Assembly (NCBI GenBank): GCA_049303435.1
Contig: JBAQNC010000078.1
Location: 1-54,752 of the forward strand
DNA: 54,752 bases
Origin: Parvibaculum sp.
Lineage (GTDB): Bacteria; Pseudomonadota; Alphaproteobacteria; Parvibaculales; Parvibaculaceae
Direction of reading: 5' to 3'
Shown here: positions 28,273-37,949 of the stretch, piece by piece
Layout: the number at the start of each line of letters is the position of its first letter
How positions within the stretch are numbered: the first letter of the stretch is position 1
Made by a program: the position numbers and the translations under genes
The notes under the pieces: generated by a model
The model's database searches: none
The model's input: the letters and a program-made list of their open reading frames with translations, nothing else
Told to the model about the DNA's origin: nothing

Positions 28273-29768
28273 GCTGCGGCTCCCACTTTTTTTGATTTTT
28301 TCGCAGCGCCGTCGGATGTATCGGCTTCGCTATAAGGCTCCGTCATGAAGCGATCGACGAGACGGTTCGCCCGCGTGCGGTCGCCAAGCAAATGGGCAAG
28401 CTGCTGATTGCGGGCACCCGACGCCAGATAGAAGCGCTCATATTGTTCGTTACGGCTGGCGAGCGCGCTGCCGGAGAAGTCCCAGGCAAGGCGAAAAATG
28501 CGGGCGCGCGTTTCGGCGCTGACATCGCCCGCGCCATGCATGAATTCATCGATCAGCGGACGCAACTTCGGATCGGCAAACTCGGCGGCGGTGGGCGCCG
28601 CCAGCAGATTATGCGAACCGACGAGCCGGACAATTTCGTTCACACGCGGGAACCAATAAGGCAACGAAGCGCGCAGCGCGACGAGCGGTGCGCCCTGCGG
28701 GAACCAGACGCCATTGCCATGCTCGTGGGCGTTGTCTTCCGCGGTCTGGATGGCGGAGCGTGCGAGCTCGCTGAAGGTCCAGATTTCTCCGAGCATCTGG
28801 GCGTTGACGGGCTGGACGGCGTTAATCGTTTCGGCCATGCGCGCGGCCATGCCCCAGGCGAACTCCATCTTGGTCTGTGCCCGAATCATCGTCTGCTGCA
28901 TGATGTTCGGGTACCAGCCGGTCGACATGACCTGATTGTAGACGCCCATATTGCAGTTGATATGCAGGCGATCCCACGGCACTTCGACGTCATCGAAGAT
29001 CACAAAGGCGTCCTGCTCGTCAAAGCGCGAAGAGAGCGGATGATCGAAGACATTGCGCGATCCGGCACAGCTGTCGCGGCAGATGAACTTGAGACCAGGC
29101 GTGTTCATCGGGATGCAGAAAGCGAGCGCATAGTCGTCGGTGCCGGGAAGCAGGGGCGCGCCGGGATAGACGGCCAGTTCGTCAGCAAAGGGTGCAAGCG
29201 TCGCGAGGATACGCGCGCCGCGCACGATGATGCCATGTTCGGTCTCGCCGACCTTGCGCAGCGACACCGTGTTGCCTGGCTTCGGGGCATCACCTTGCGC
29301 CTTGTCCGTAGTCGGCTGGATAATGGTATGGGTCAGCGAAATATCGTTGCGGCGCAGAAACTTTTGATAATTGACGAGGTTTTCGCCGCCCTCTTCATTG
29401 CCATTGGCGCCCCACTCGTCGGAACGTCCGGCAAAGCCCGCATAGGTCACATTCATGTAGTCGGGCGTGCGGCCCATGACGCCGACCGTGTATTCGGCAT
29501 AGCGTTGCAGACCCTTGTGACGCTTCATGAGGTCTTCTTTGGAGCGCGGGATCATGTGGCTGACGTTGATCTGCTCGCCGGTTTCGGGGTCGGGCATCAG
29601 GCAATCATCAGAATGCTCGTATTGCAGGTCGAATGTGGCTGCGAGGCCGCGCGCCGCGCCCGCAAAGGCGGGATGGTCGGTGACGTCGGAAACCTTTTCG
29701 TTGCCGACCCAGACTTCGCGGCCATCGGCCAGACCTTTAAGAAACTGCTCCCCTGTGCGTGCAGGCAT
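28269..29768 (-). CDS. 4-hydroxyphenylacetate 3-hydroxylase family oxygenase (HpaB-like, two-component flavin monooxygenase)
   Basis: RTG.QFL..L.DGREVW, MGRTPDY, GARILATL, HPLSSRFDEQDA, LAWD, R..QYERF. Confidence 0.9.
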   Translation of the reverse strand: MPARTGEQFLKGLADGREVWVGNEKVSDVTDHPAFAGAARGLAATFDLQYEHSDDCLMPDPETGEQINVSHMIPRSKEDLMKRHKGLQRYAEYTVGVMGRTPDYMNVTYAGFAGRSDEWGANGNEEGGENLVNYQKFLRRNDISLTHTIIQPTTDKAQGDAPKPGNTVSLRKVGETEHGIIVRGARILATLAPFADELAVYPGAPLLPGTDDYALAFCIPMNTPGLKFICRDSCAGSRNVFDHPLSSRFDEQDAFVIFDDVEVPWDRLHINCNMGVYNQVMSTGWYPNIMQQTMIRAQTKMEFAWGMAARMAETINAVQPVNAQMLGEIWTFSELARSAIQTAEDNAHEHGNGVWFPQGAPLVALRASLPYWFPRVNEIVRLVGSHNLLAAPTAAEFADPKLRPLIDEFMHGAGDVSAETRARIFRLAWDFSGSALASRNEQYERFYLASGARNQQLAHLLGDRTRANRLVDRFMTEPYSEADTSDGAAKKSKKVGAAA

Positions 29769-29858
29769 GTCGTCTATCCTCCCCTTTGTGTCGGCCCTTA
29801 TCCGGCGCGAGATTTCAGCGCTGCGGCGGGCCTTTAAGATTGTTTATTATGATTCATC

Positions 29859-29904
29859 TCAATTATGACTACGCTCATTTTATTTAGAAAGCGGGACCTG
29901 TCAA
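29859..29904 (-). promoter_or_regulatory. sigma70 promoter of the HpaB-like operon overlapped by a candidate TetR operator
   Basis: Minus strand TTGACA(29904-29899)-N16-TAAAAT(29882-29877); ATGA-CTACGC-TCAT box at 29865-29878. Confidence 0.65.
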
Positions 29905-30006
29905 GCTGCGACTGCAACGACGATGGACTTGTGGCGGGAGGCGAATGACAATAGGACGTTAACTGCCTAGATTTGTTGGCATTTATGATTTTCGGGAAAG
30001 AGGTGA

Positions 30007-30732
30007 TTGGTGGCGGAGAAAGTGGCGAAACGAGCATTAAGGGATCAGACGAGGGGTGCGCGTGCGCAAAGCCCTGTCGAGCCCGGACGCCGCGAGCGCA
30101 ACAAGCAGGAAAAGCGCGCCCGAATCATCGCCGCCGCCAAGGAACTCTTCGGCAGCAAGGGCTTTGCCGATACGACGACCCAGGAAATTGCCGAAAGGGC
30201 GGACATCGGCACCGGCACGCTGTTCCTCTACGCCAAGTCGAAGGAAGAGCTGCTGGTCATGGTATTCAGCGGTGACATGCTGAAAGAAGTGCAAACCGCC
30301 TTTTCTCATTTGCCCGCCTCCGGCTCGCTGGTGGACAAGCTAATGCATGCCTTCGGCTCCATGATCGAACATCACGATCAGGACAGAGATCTGGCCAAAG
30401 CACTGCTGAAGGAAGTCTCCGTTCTTAGCATCCCAGGCCCGAGCAAGGACCTCGCGCTGCTAATGCGCAGTATCTTTGCTGGCATTGGCGATATCCTTCT
30501 TTCCGGTGAAGGAGGCGAAAAGCTCCGCGAGGGCGTGGACCCTCTGCTCGCGGCGGAAAATCTTTTCGGTATCTATTACCTGAGCCTGCTGAACTGGATC
30601 AGCGGCAATCTGTCCAAACCGAGATTCCTGAAAAGGCTTCGCGCCAAGCTCACCCTCGGCGTCGAAGGGCTGATCGATCCGGCGAGAGCAGCCGAGCCAA
30701 CGCCTGCGAGAAAGCCCGCGCGCAAGAGCTGA
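30007..30732 (+). CDS. TetR/AcrR family regulator
   Basis: IIAAAKELF..KGF..TT..EIA.RADIGTGTLFLYAKSKEELL; start uncertain. Confidence 0.93.
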   Translation: MVAEKVAKRALRDQTRGARAQSPVEPGRRERNKQEKRARIIAAAKELFGSKGFADTTTQEIAERADIGTGTLFLYAKSKEELLVMVFSGDMLKEVQTAFSHLPASGSLVDKLMHAFGSMIEHHDQDRDLAKALLKEVSVLSIPGPSKDLALLMRSIFAGIGDILLSGEGGEKLREGVDPLLAAENLFGIYYLSLLNWISGNLSKPRFLKRLRAKLTLGVEGLIDPARAAEPTPARKPARKS

Positions 30733-30775
30733 AAGAGCAAGCCCTCCCCGCCTCAATGCAATTTATTGACTTTCA

Positions 30776-30801
30776 TCAATTCTGATGACAGTCATTTATT
30801 T
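30776..30801. promoter_or_regulatory. Second copy of the candidate TetR operator
   Basis: TCAATTcTGAtgacagTCATTTATTT matches TCAATTaTGActacgcTCATTTTATTT at 29859-29885; follows a TTGACT -35-like hexamer. Confidence 0.6.
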
Positions 30802-30847
30802 AAGAAGCCCCCGCGAGCAAGCGACGGGCGGCGGCAGAGGAGACGGC

Positions 30848-31627
30848 ATGTCGAACACATTGAAGGCCCGTTGGGGCAAGGGCGAGGTGACATTGGGCGC
30901 CTGGGCGATGATGCCCGGCGCGCTCGGTGCGGAAGCGCTGGCGCGCGGCGGATTCGATTGGGTGCTTGTCGATATGCAGCATGGCTGCATGGATTACGAG
31001 ACCGCCCTTTCCATGATCCGCGCCATCGACCTTACGTCCGCCGTTCCAATCGTGCGCGTGCCCTGGAACGAACCAGGGATCATCGGACGGGTGCTGGACG
31101 CAGGCGCGATGGGCGTCGTCATTCCGATGATCCAGACGGCGGAAGATGCAAAACGCGCGGTTGACGCTTGTCTCTATCCACCGGCCGGACGCCGCAGTTT
31201 CGGCCCGGTGCGCGTCGGCATGCGCGACGGACAGGGCTATTTCATGGAAGCCAATGCACGCGTCGCCGTCATTCCCATGATCGAAACGCCCGAGGCGCTG
31301 GCTTGCGTCGAAGAAATCGCGGCGGTGCCGGGCGTCGATGCGCTTTTCGTCGGCCCGTTCGATCTCTCGATCGCGCTCGGTCTGCCACCGGGCGACAATG
31401 ACGGCAAGCCCGCCTTCGACGCAGCCATCGCAAAAGTCGGCAAGTCGGCGAAAGCGGCAGGCATCGCCACCGCCGTGCTCTCCAACTCCAAAGTCGCGCC
31501 GCTGCGCATCAAGCAAGGTTTCCAGATGGTCTCGGTGACGACGGATATTTCCGCGCTCCAGACGGCGACACGCGCCGATCTGCAGACCGTGCGCGCAACG
31601 CAGAAAAACGGAGGCAACAATGCTTGA
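30848..31627 (+). CDS. HpcH/HpaI class II aldolase
   Basis: [52 protein letters not shown] before ATG 30848. Confidence 0.9.
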   Translation: MSNTLKARWGKGEVTLGAWAMMPGALGAEALARGGFDWVLVDMQHGCMDYETALSMIRAIDLTSAVPIVRVPWNEPGIIGRVLDAGAMGVVIPMIQTAEDAKRAVDACLYPPAGRRSFGPVRVGMRDGQGYFMEANARVAVIPMIETPEALACVEEIAAVPGVDALFVGPFDLSIALGLPPGDNDGKPAFDAAIAKVGKSAKAAGIATAVLSNSKVAPLRIKQGFQMVSVTTDISALQTATRADLQTVRATQKNGGNNA

Positions 31628-32411
31628 CAATAAAACGCGAGAGAAGATCGTCGACGATCTGTTCGGGGTCTATGAGACGCGCAAGCCCCTGCCCCTGCTC
31701 ACCAAGAGCTATCCGGGTATCGAGGTGGAAGATTCCTACCGGATACAGGAGATGTTTGTCGCTCGCCAGCTCGCGTCCGGGCGCCGGATCAAGGGCTACA
31801 AGGTGGGGCTGACCTCAAAGCCGATGCAGGAAATGGCGGGATCGACCGAACCCGATTTCAGCGCCATGACGGACGATCTGTTCTTTCCCGAAGATACGCC
31901 CATCGAGACATCGCAGTTTTTCGATCCGATGATCGAAATCGAAATCGCCTTTGTGATGAAGGAGACGCTGAAGGGACCGGGCGTCCTGCCGATGGATGTC
32001 ATTCGCGCGACCGACTTTGTCGTGCCCGCCATCGAGATCGTGGATTTTCGCGTGGCGCGCGCGCCAGGCATGAACCTGATCGACACGGTGGCTGACCTTG
32101 CCGCCTGCGGCGCGGTGGTGCTGGGCGCCAATCCGCGCCGCCTCGACCAGATCGACATTCGTCGCGTCACAGGCTCGATCGTCTGCAATGACAAGGTGGA
32201 ACAGGAAGGCGAAGCCTCCGCCGTGCTCGGCAATCCGGTCACTTCGGTTGCCTGGCTCGCCAACAAGCTCGGCGAGTTCGGCGTCGCCTTTGAGCCGGGG
32301 CATGTGATCCTGACGGGCTCTTTCGTGCGCGCCTTCCCGGTCAAGGCTGGTGACGACATCGTCTGCCGCTTCGACCAGGGTTTCGGCGAGGTCGCGACAC
32401 GCTTCGTCTGA
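31620..32411 (+). CDS. 2-keto-4-pentenoate / 2-oxo-hept-enedioate hydratase (MhpD/HpcG family)
   Basis: [41 protein letters not shown]. Confidence 0.88.
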   Translation: MLDNKTREKIVDDLFGVYETRKPLPLLTKSYPGIEVEDSYRIQEMFVARQLASGRRIKGYKVGLTSKPMQEMAGSTEPDFSAMTDDLFFPEDTPIETSQFFDPMIEIEIAFVMKETLKGPGVLPMDVIRATDFVVPAIEIVDFRVARAPGMNLIDTVADLAACGAVVLGANPRRLDQIDIRRVTGSIVCNDKVEQEGEASAVLGNPVTSVAWLANKLGEFGVAFEPGHVILTGSFVRAFPVKAGDDIVCRFDQGFGEVATRFV

Positions 32412-32444
32412 ACGGTTTGATGACAGCCACATCGAAATGAATCG

Positions 32445-32474
32445 GGGAGCCGTAAGACGGCTCCCTTTTTCTTT
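32445..32474 (+). terminator. Intrinsic terminator
   Basis: GGGAGCCGT-AAG-ACGGCTCCC followed by TTTTTCTTT. Confidence 0.8.
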
Positions 32475-32478
32475 CGAC

Positions 32479-33270
32479 CTATCGCATATCGGCAATCTGC
32501 TTCATGCCGGACAGATCGGAGATATTGAGGACGCCGCGCGACAATTCGATCATGCCGCTTTCCCTCAGACGCTTCAGTACACGGTTGACGTGAACCTGGG
32601 TAAGCCCCAGCGCGTCGGCCAGATGAAGCTGCTTGAGCGGAAAGTTGAACATCTGGTTGTGGACATTTCCTCGCTTGTCCAACCGCCGCATGATTTCAAG
32701 CAAGAACCGCGCAACGCGCTCCTCGGCCGAGCGCGTTCCCAGATCGATGAGGCGCTCCTCGCTCAACAGGCGTTCATCTGCGCAGACATCCATCAGGACG
32801 CGCATCGCGCCGGCGCTCTTGGCAACAAGATTTTTCAGTTCTTCGCGATCGAAGCCGCAATAGGCGACGTCGGTAATCGACTGAACGGAATAGACCATCC
32901 TGTCATTGAAGAGCGATTGCGATAACATCAGATCGCCGGGCATCAGGAACGAAAGAATCTGGCGTCTGCCGCTTGCAGTGATGGCGTAGCGAAAGGCCCA
33001 GCCTTTCCGGATCACGTAAATTTGATCTGTCTTCTGATCTTTACGATAAATGGTCTGGCGCGCCTTGACCTGATTGCGCGAAATCCTGACAGGCGGCTTT
33101 TTCAGCGCGCCAAAAGCGATGTTGGAACAGAAGGGCAAGTCGCGAAGCGGGCAATCCTGACAGGTCCATGAAGCGTCACCGTGCTTCAGGCTCACCGCGC
33201 CGCCGCCGCCCGGCGGCGTCGATCCCGTCTCGGGCGCCCTCAGCCTCTTGCCTACCACCTTGCTACTCAC
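32479..33270 (-). CDS. Crp/Fnr family regulator with N-terminal Cys motif
   Basis: CQDCPLRDLPFC; GRRQILSFLMPGD, LG.RSAEERVA.FLL; HTH LADALGLTQVHVNRVL. Confidence 0.9.
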   Translation of the reverse strand: MSSKVVGKRLRAPETGSTPPGGGGAVSLKHGDASWTCQDCPLRDLPFCSNIAFGALKKPPVRISRNQVKARQTIYRKDQKTDQIYVIRKGWAFRYAITASGRRQILSFLMPGDLMLSQSLFNDRMVYSVQSITDVAYCGFDREELKNLVAKSAGAMRVLMDVCADERLLSEERLIDLGTRSAEERVARFLLEIMRRLDKRGNVHNQMFNFPLKQLHLADALGLTQVHVNRVLKRLRESGMIELSRGVLNISDLSGMKQIADMR

Positions 33271-33456
33271 TTTTGAACTTTGGTCGATTTGAAAACCCGC
33301 CCTATGTCGGGCCTGTCGACCTCTTTGAATCGCTTATCGGTCAAAGGCTGGGGCAATTCTCATTTTGAAACAAGTCAAATTCTATTAATTCAAATAATAA
33401 CCCGTTAAAATGATAACATATATTATAAACACAAGTTATTTATCGAAATTCTCAAA

Positions 33457-33472
33457 TAAAACTTTGGTTAAC
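33457..33472 (+). promoter_or_regulatory. CtrA-like box upstream of the globin-coupled chemoreceptor
   Basis: TAAA-N7-TTAAC versus consensus TTAA-N7-TTAAC. Confidence 0.4.
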
Positions 33473-33579
33473 TGCGCTGTTATTCTTTTGTTTTTGAATG
33501 TGAAATATTGTCGCAGTTGAATTGACTGGACTAATACTTGGTTCATCCAAGTTGGTCTTTATCTCTATAGGGGGATCAA

Positions 33580-34923
33580 GTGGCGGATAATACTTCTAAT
33601 CAGGACAGAGAAGCGCGCATGCGCTTTATGCAAGTCAGTGACGCAACGGGCGAAGCCCTTCGCGATTTCTGGAAGGTCATCGAACCTAAACTCCCTGATA
33701 TTCTGGACGGTTTCTACAAACACCTGATGGGCGAGCCCGAACTTGCCAAACTCGTGGGCACACAGACGCCCCGCCTCAAGCAGGCCCAGGGCAGCCATTG
33801 GGCGCGCCTTTTCACCGGCCATTTCGATGACACCTACATGGCGAGCGTTCGCACGATCGGCCTGACGCATAACCGGATCGGGCTTGAGCCGCGCTGGTAT
33901 ATCGGCGGTTACAAATTCGTCCTCAACCATCTGGTGGAAGCGGCTGTCGCCCATTATCGCTGGAAGCCGGCAAAGCTTGCCGCCGCGATCTCGGCTGCAA
34001 ATACGGCCATCATGCTCGACATGGATCTGGCGATCTCGACCTATCAGGACGCCATGATGATGGATCGCGCACAGCGCCAGAAAGCGCTTGAGGCAGCGAT
34101 CAACGAATTCGACTCGACTGTCAGCGAAATCATCAAGTCCGTGGCGTCTGCCTCCACCGAACTTCAGAGTTCGGCGCAAAACATGAATGTGATTGCCGAG
34201 CGCACAAGCTCCAAGACCAACACGGTCGCGGCGGCTTCCGAAGAAGCCTCGACCAATGTGCAGACAGTCGCTTCGGCGAGTGAAGAACTTTCAAGTTCGA
34301 TCGCCGAAATCGGTCGTCAGGCGGGCATGTCCACGAAGATCGCCGGACAGGCCGTGGAAGAAGCTCACCGGACCGACGAGAAGGTTCAGGGGCTCGCGGC
34401 TGCCGCCCAGAAGATCGGCGACGTCGTGACATTGATCAACGATATCGCGGCACAGACGAACCTTCTCGCCCTCAACGCCACGATCGAAGCGGCGCGCGCG
34501 GGCGAAGCCGGCAAGGGTTTTGCCGTCGTCGCCTCCGAGGTCAAGAGCCTGGCCAACCAGACGGCCAAGGCGACGGAAGAAATCGCCGAGCAGATCAAGA
34601 CCATGCAGGGCGCTACGCATGAATCGGTCGACGCCATCCAGTCGATCGAAAAGACGATCACCGAGATGAACCAGATCGCCACGTCAATTGCAGCGGCGGT
34701 CGACGAACAGGACGCGGCAACCAATGAAATTGCCCGAAATGTTCAGGAGGCCGCGCGCGGAACGCAGGAAGTTTCTTCCAACATTCTGAGCGTTGCCGAG
34801 GCGGCCAGTGAAACGGGCGCGGCGGCTGGCGAAATCTCCAGCTCGTCCGATCTCCTCGCGCGTCAGGCCGAAGCCTTGCGTCAGCAGGTCGACTCCTTCC
34901 TCGAAAAGGCACGCGCCGCGTAA
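33580..34923 (+). CDS. Globin-coupled sensor chemoreceptor (HemAT-like soluble MCP)
   Basis: Sensor globin ([35 protein letters not shown]) plus MCP domain ([34 protein letters not shown]); no TM segment. Confidence 0.93.
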   Translation: MADNTSNQDREARMRFMQVSDATGEALRDFWKVIEPKLPDILDGFYKHLMGEPELAKLVGTQTPRLKQAQGSHWARLFTGHFDDTYMASVRTIGLTHNRIGLEPRWYIGGYKFVLNHLVEAAVAHYRWKPAKLAAAISAANTAIMLDMDLAISTYQDAMMMDRAQRQKALEAAINEFDSTVSEIIKSVASASTELQSSAQNMNVIAERTSSKTNTVAAASEEASTNVQTVASASEELSSSIAEIGRQAGMSTKIAGQAVEEAHRTDEKVQGLAAAAQKIGDVVTLINDIAAQTNLLALNATIEAARAGEAGKGFAVVASEVKSLANQTAKATEEIAEQIKTMQGATHESVDAIQSIEKTITEMNQIATSIAAAVDEQDAATNEIARNVQEAARGTQEVSSNILSVAEAASETGAAAGEISSSSDLLARQAEALRQQVDSFLEKARAA

Positions 34924-34991
34924 GCGAATGTACCCACTGACACAGGGATGTCAGTGGGTGCCGCTTGGCGGACAGTGTGAAGGAGGGGGAC

Positions 34992-37772
34992 ATGAGGCTG
35001 CGCACACCGGATAAAAATATTGAAACGGCTGTTCTGAGTTTCGACTCGAAGACCGGTGCGCTCATCTCATTCAACGACGCTGCCTTGCATATGCTTGAGC
35101 AATCCGACGACCAAGACCAGCAGGAATTAACGCTGGGTGGTGTCGAAGAGCATTTCATCTCGAACAGGGCCTTTTCCTCTTCGAAAGCGGCGGTCGACAA
35201 GGCGAACAAGTCCGATCGCGACTACGCGATCAACATCAAACAGCGCGACGGTCGCGTCTTCTCGCTTTCGCGTCACAATAATGCCGGCAAGGACACGATC
35301 CTTGTCGTCAAAGACATCACAAGCGCCGCACAGCAGACGCGCCGTGAACGCCTGAACCGGCTGATATTCGAACGCATGTGCCAGGCGCCGACGCCGGGCA
35401 CTTCGCTCGACGGTCTTCTGCGCGCCATATGCCTTTGCACCGGCTGGCCCTTTGGCGAAATCTGGACGACCAGGAACGGCAAGCTGGTGCGCGCCCGCGC
35501 TCGCCAGGCGGCCAGCTGGAGTGGCGCCCGTTCGCCGGACGCAATGACGCCCGACGCCAAGAGCTGCCCGACCATTGTCGCGCAGGCAGGTCTCTCCGGC
35601 GAAATCGAGCGGGTCAATAGTTTCCACGACTATACAAGCACCGAACAGAATGACCTTGGCGACCTTTTCGTCGAGGAAACCGGCGCAAGCATCGCGATCC
35701 CCCTCAAGGCCGGCAGCGGCGTTTTCGCCATCCTGCATTTTGGCTTTGCGCATTCAAAGCCTTTCGACCAGATGAGCATCGACCTTCTCAGGGGCATGAC
35801 GGAACAACTGGCGATGGCGCTGAAATACCGCCTCAATGCCTTTGAAGAGGCAAGCGCACAGAAACAGCTCAATGAAGTCCTGATGGCGGCGGGCGATGCG
35901 ATCGTCTCGATCGACTCCCGGCACCGCATCCAGTTGTTCAACCGGCAAGCGGAAGTACTTTTCGGCTTCGCAAAAGAGGAAGTCATGGGCCAGCACCTTC
36001 ATCTGCTTCTGCCGCAAAGCGCCCATGCGTCCCATGCCCAGCATCTGAAGAAATATGACCACACCTCGCCCGGCGCACGCTTCATGGGTGGACGACCCGA
36101 GGTCAAGGGAAGACGCAAGGACGGTTCCGAATTTCCGGCCGAGGCTTCCGTTTCCAGAACCACCATTGGCGATGAGATCGTTTATACCGCCGTTGTCAGA
36201 GATCTTTCCGCTCTCAAAAAGGCGCAGGAGGCGCTTTTCGTCAGCGAAGAAAAGATGCGGGCAATCGTTGAGGCCATGCCCTTTGGACTTTCGATCAGCC
36301 ACGCGGAGAGCGGAAAGATCATTTTCGTCAACGAGGCCTTTTGCGCGCTCGCCGAAACGGAATTCGATGAAATTGTCGGGCGTGAGCTCACAAGTTTTCT
36401 CGATCTCCAGACCAGCGGGCAAGTCATAGCTGGCAAGCGTGGCACAGAGCGGCAACTCCGCACGGCCTCCGGCGCGCTTCGCTGGTGCATGACCGCGTCA
36501 GTGTCGATGAACATTGCGGGCAGCAAAGCCATTCTCTGCGGCTACTATGATGTGACCGATCGGCGGACGGCGGTCGAAGCGCTGCGCATCAGCGCGCATA
36601 ATCTTGGCGAGGCCGAACGCATCGCTCATCTGGGAAACTGGCAATGGGACTTCGCCTCCGGCAGCCTCCGGTTTTCGGACGAGGCCTATCGCATCATCGG
36701 GATCGAGCCTGAGGGCGCCGACATCACTTATGTGCAGTTTCTGGCCAGCGTCCACAGCGCCGACCGCGAAGCGGTCGACCGTTCCCTTCAGGTCGCGCTG
36801 GCAGATAGCGACGCCTATGAAGGGGGCTTTCGCATCGTGACGCCGGAGGGCGCCCAGCGCTATGTCCAGCTTCAGGCCGAAATCGAACGCGACGAGGCCG
36901 GCTGTGTCTCACGCATGATGGGCACGATCCAGGACATGACCGATCTCAAACATGTTCAGGAAGAACTCTGGGCGGCGCGCGAGTTGGCCGAAGCCGCCAA
37001 CCGCGCCAAGTCGCAGTTCCTGGCCAATATGAGCCATGAGTTGAGGACCCCGCTCAATGCCATTATCGGCTTTTCCGAAATCATGGCAATGAGCGCGGAG
37101 AACCCGCTACCCGTGGCGCAATACCAGGAGTATGCGGGCGACATCAATCTGAGCGGGCGCAAGCTTCTTAATGTCGTGGATGACATTCTTGACCTCAGCA
37201 ATATCGAATGCGGACACTCGGAACTCGACGAGTCCGAATTCGATATTGCCGACGTCATCGACATGCATGCCAGACGCCTCGCCAATCGGCTGGCGGTAGC
37301 CAGGCTCTCGTTCATCCAGCAAATCTCGCAGCCGACACCAAGACTTTTGGCCGACAGGAAACTGTTCGATCAGATGATCGAGAACCTTCTGTCCAACGCC
37401 GTGAAGTTCACGCCCGCAGGCGGGGAAATCCACATAAGAACAAGCCTGACCGACGACGGCAGTCTCTGCATCGAGGTTGAAGACAACGGGATCGGCATTT
37501 CGTCGCAGGATATGGAGCGCATATTTCTGCCTTTCGTACAGGCCGAAGGACATCTTTCGCGTCGCTACGACGGCGTCGGGCTGGGGCTTGCCTTGACGAA
37601 GGAATATGTGCGCCTGCATGACGGCGTGTTGCATTTCCGCAGCGAAGTCGGCGCGGGCACCAAGGTTCTGATCCAGTTTCCGCCGACGCGCGTCATTGCA
37701 GCGCCGAAGGAAGCCGCAGAATCAAACAACATGCCGGGACCCACGCCGATCCGCTCGGCGGCCAGCGGATAA
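34992..37772 (+). CDS. Cytoplasmic GAF/multi-PAS histidine kinase, PleC/DivJ-like core
   Basis: GAF (GWPFGEIW..IAIPL), several PAS domains, KSQFLANMSHELRTPLNAIIGFSE, NLLSNAVKFT, DNGIGI, GVGLGL; strong SD before ATG 34992. Confidence 0.9.
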   Translation: MRLRTPDKNIETAVLSFDSKTGALISFNDAALHMLEQSDDQDQQELTLGGVEEHFISNRAFSSSKAAVDKANKSDRDYAINIKQRDGRVFSLSRHNNAGKDTILVVKDITSAAQQTRRERLNRLIFERMCQAPTPGTSLDGLLRAICLCTGWPFGEIWTTRNGKLVRARARQAASWSGARSPDAMTPDAKSCPTIVAQAGLSGEIERVNSFHDYTSTEQNDLGDLFVEETGASIAIPLKAGSGVFAILHFGFAHSKPFDQMSIDLLRGMTEQLAMALKYRLNAFEEASAQKQLNEVLMAAGDAIVSIDSRHRIQLFNRQAEVLFGFAKEEVMGQHLHLLLPQSAHASHAQHLKKYDHTSPGARFMGGRPEVKGRRKDGSEFPAEASVSRTTIGDEIVYTAVVRDLSALKKAQEALFVSEEKMRAIVEAMPFGLSISHAESGKIIFVNEAFCALAETEFDEIVGRELTSFLDLQTSGQVIAGKRGTERQLRTASGALRWCMTASVSMNIAGSKAILCGYYDVTDRRTAVEALRISAHNLGEAERIAHLGNWQWDFASGSLRFSDEAYRIIGIEPEGADITYVQFLASVHSADREAVDRSLQVALADSDAYEGGFRIVTPEGAQRYVQLQAEIERDEAGCVSRMMGTIQDMTDLKHVQEELWAARELAEAANRAKSQFLANMSHELRTPLNAIIGFSEIMAMSAENPLPVAQYQEYAGDINLSGRKLLNVVDDILDLSNIECGHSELDESEFDIADVIDMHARRLANRLAVARLSFIQQISQPTPRLLADRKLFDQMIENLLSNAVKFTPAGGEIHIRTSLTDDGSLCIEVEDNGIGISSQDMERIFLPFVQAEGHLSRRYDGVGLGLALTKEYVRLHDGVLHFRSEVGAGTKVLIQFPPTRVIAAPKEAAESNNMPGPTPIRSAASG

Positions 37773-37866
37773 GGGTAATATCTCTATGCGGAGTTATTCA
37801 AGTTCGTCTTTCCAAAGACAATATCCTATAAACAAAACAGAAAACGAACTCGAATAATTATAAATA

Positions 37867-37882
37867 TTCACGGCCTCTTAAC
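37867..37882 (+). promoter_or_regulatory. CtrA-like box upstream of cheA
   Basis: TTCA-N7-TTAAC, one mismatch to consensus, in an AT-rich intergenic region. Confidence 0.45.
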
Positions 37883-37949
37883 TGAGCATATTTACTATAA
37901 CAAGACTTGGCGTTGCTTGACGCTATACTGAAAGAACGGACAAAGCACG

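Noticed and set aside
28392..29837. 481-aa plus-strand ORF
   Set aside because: Antisense shadow of the HpaB-like gene.
33360..33570. Very AT-rich tract as a possible origin or island boundary
   Set aside because: No DnaA-box array, att site, tRNA or integrase seen; explained as a divergent promoter region.
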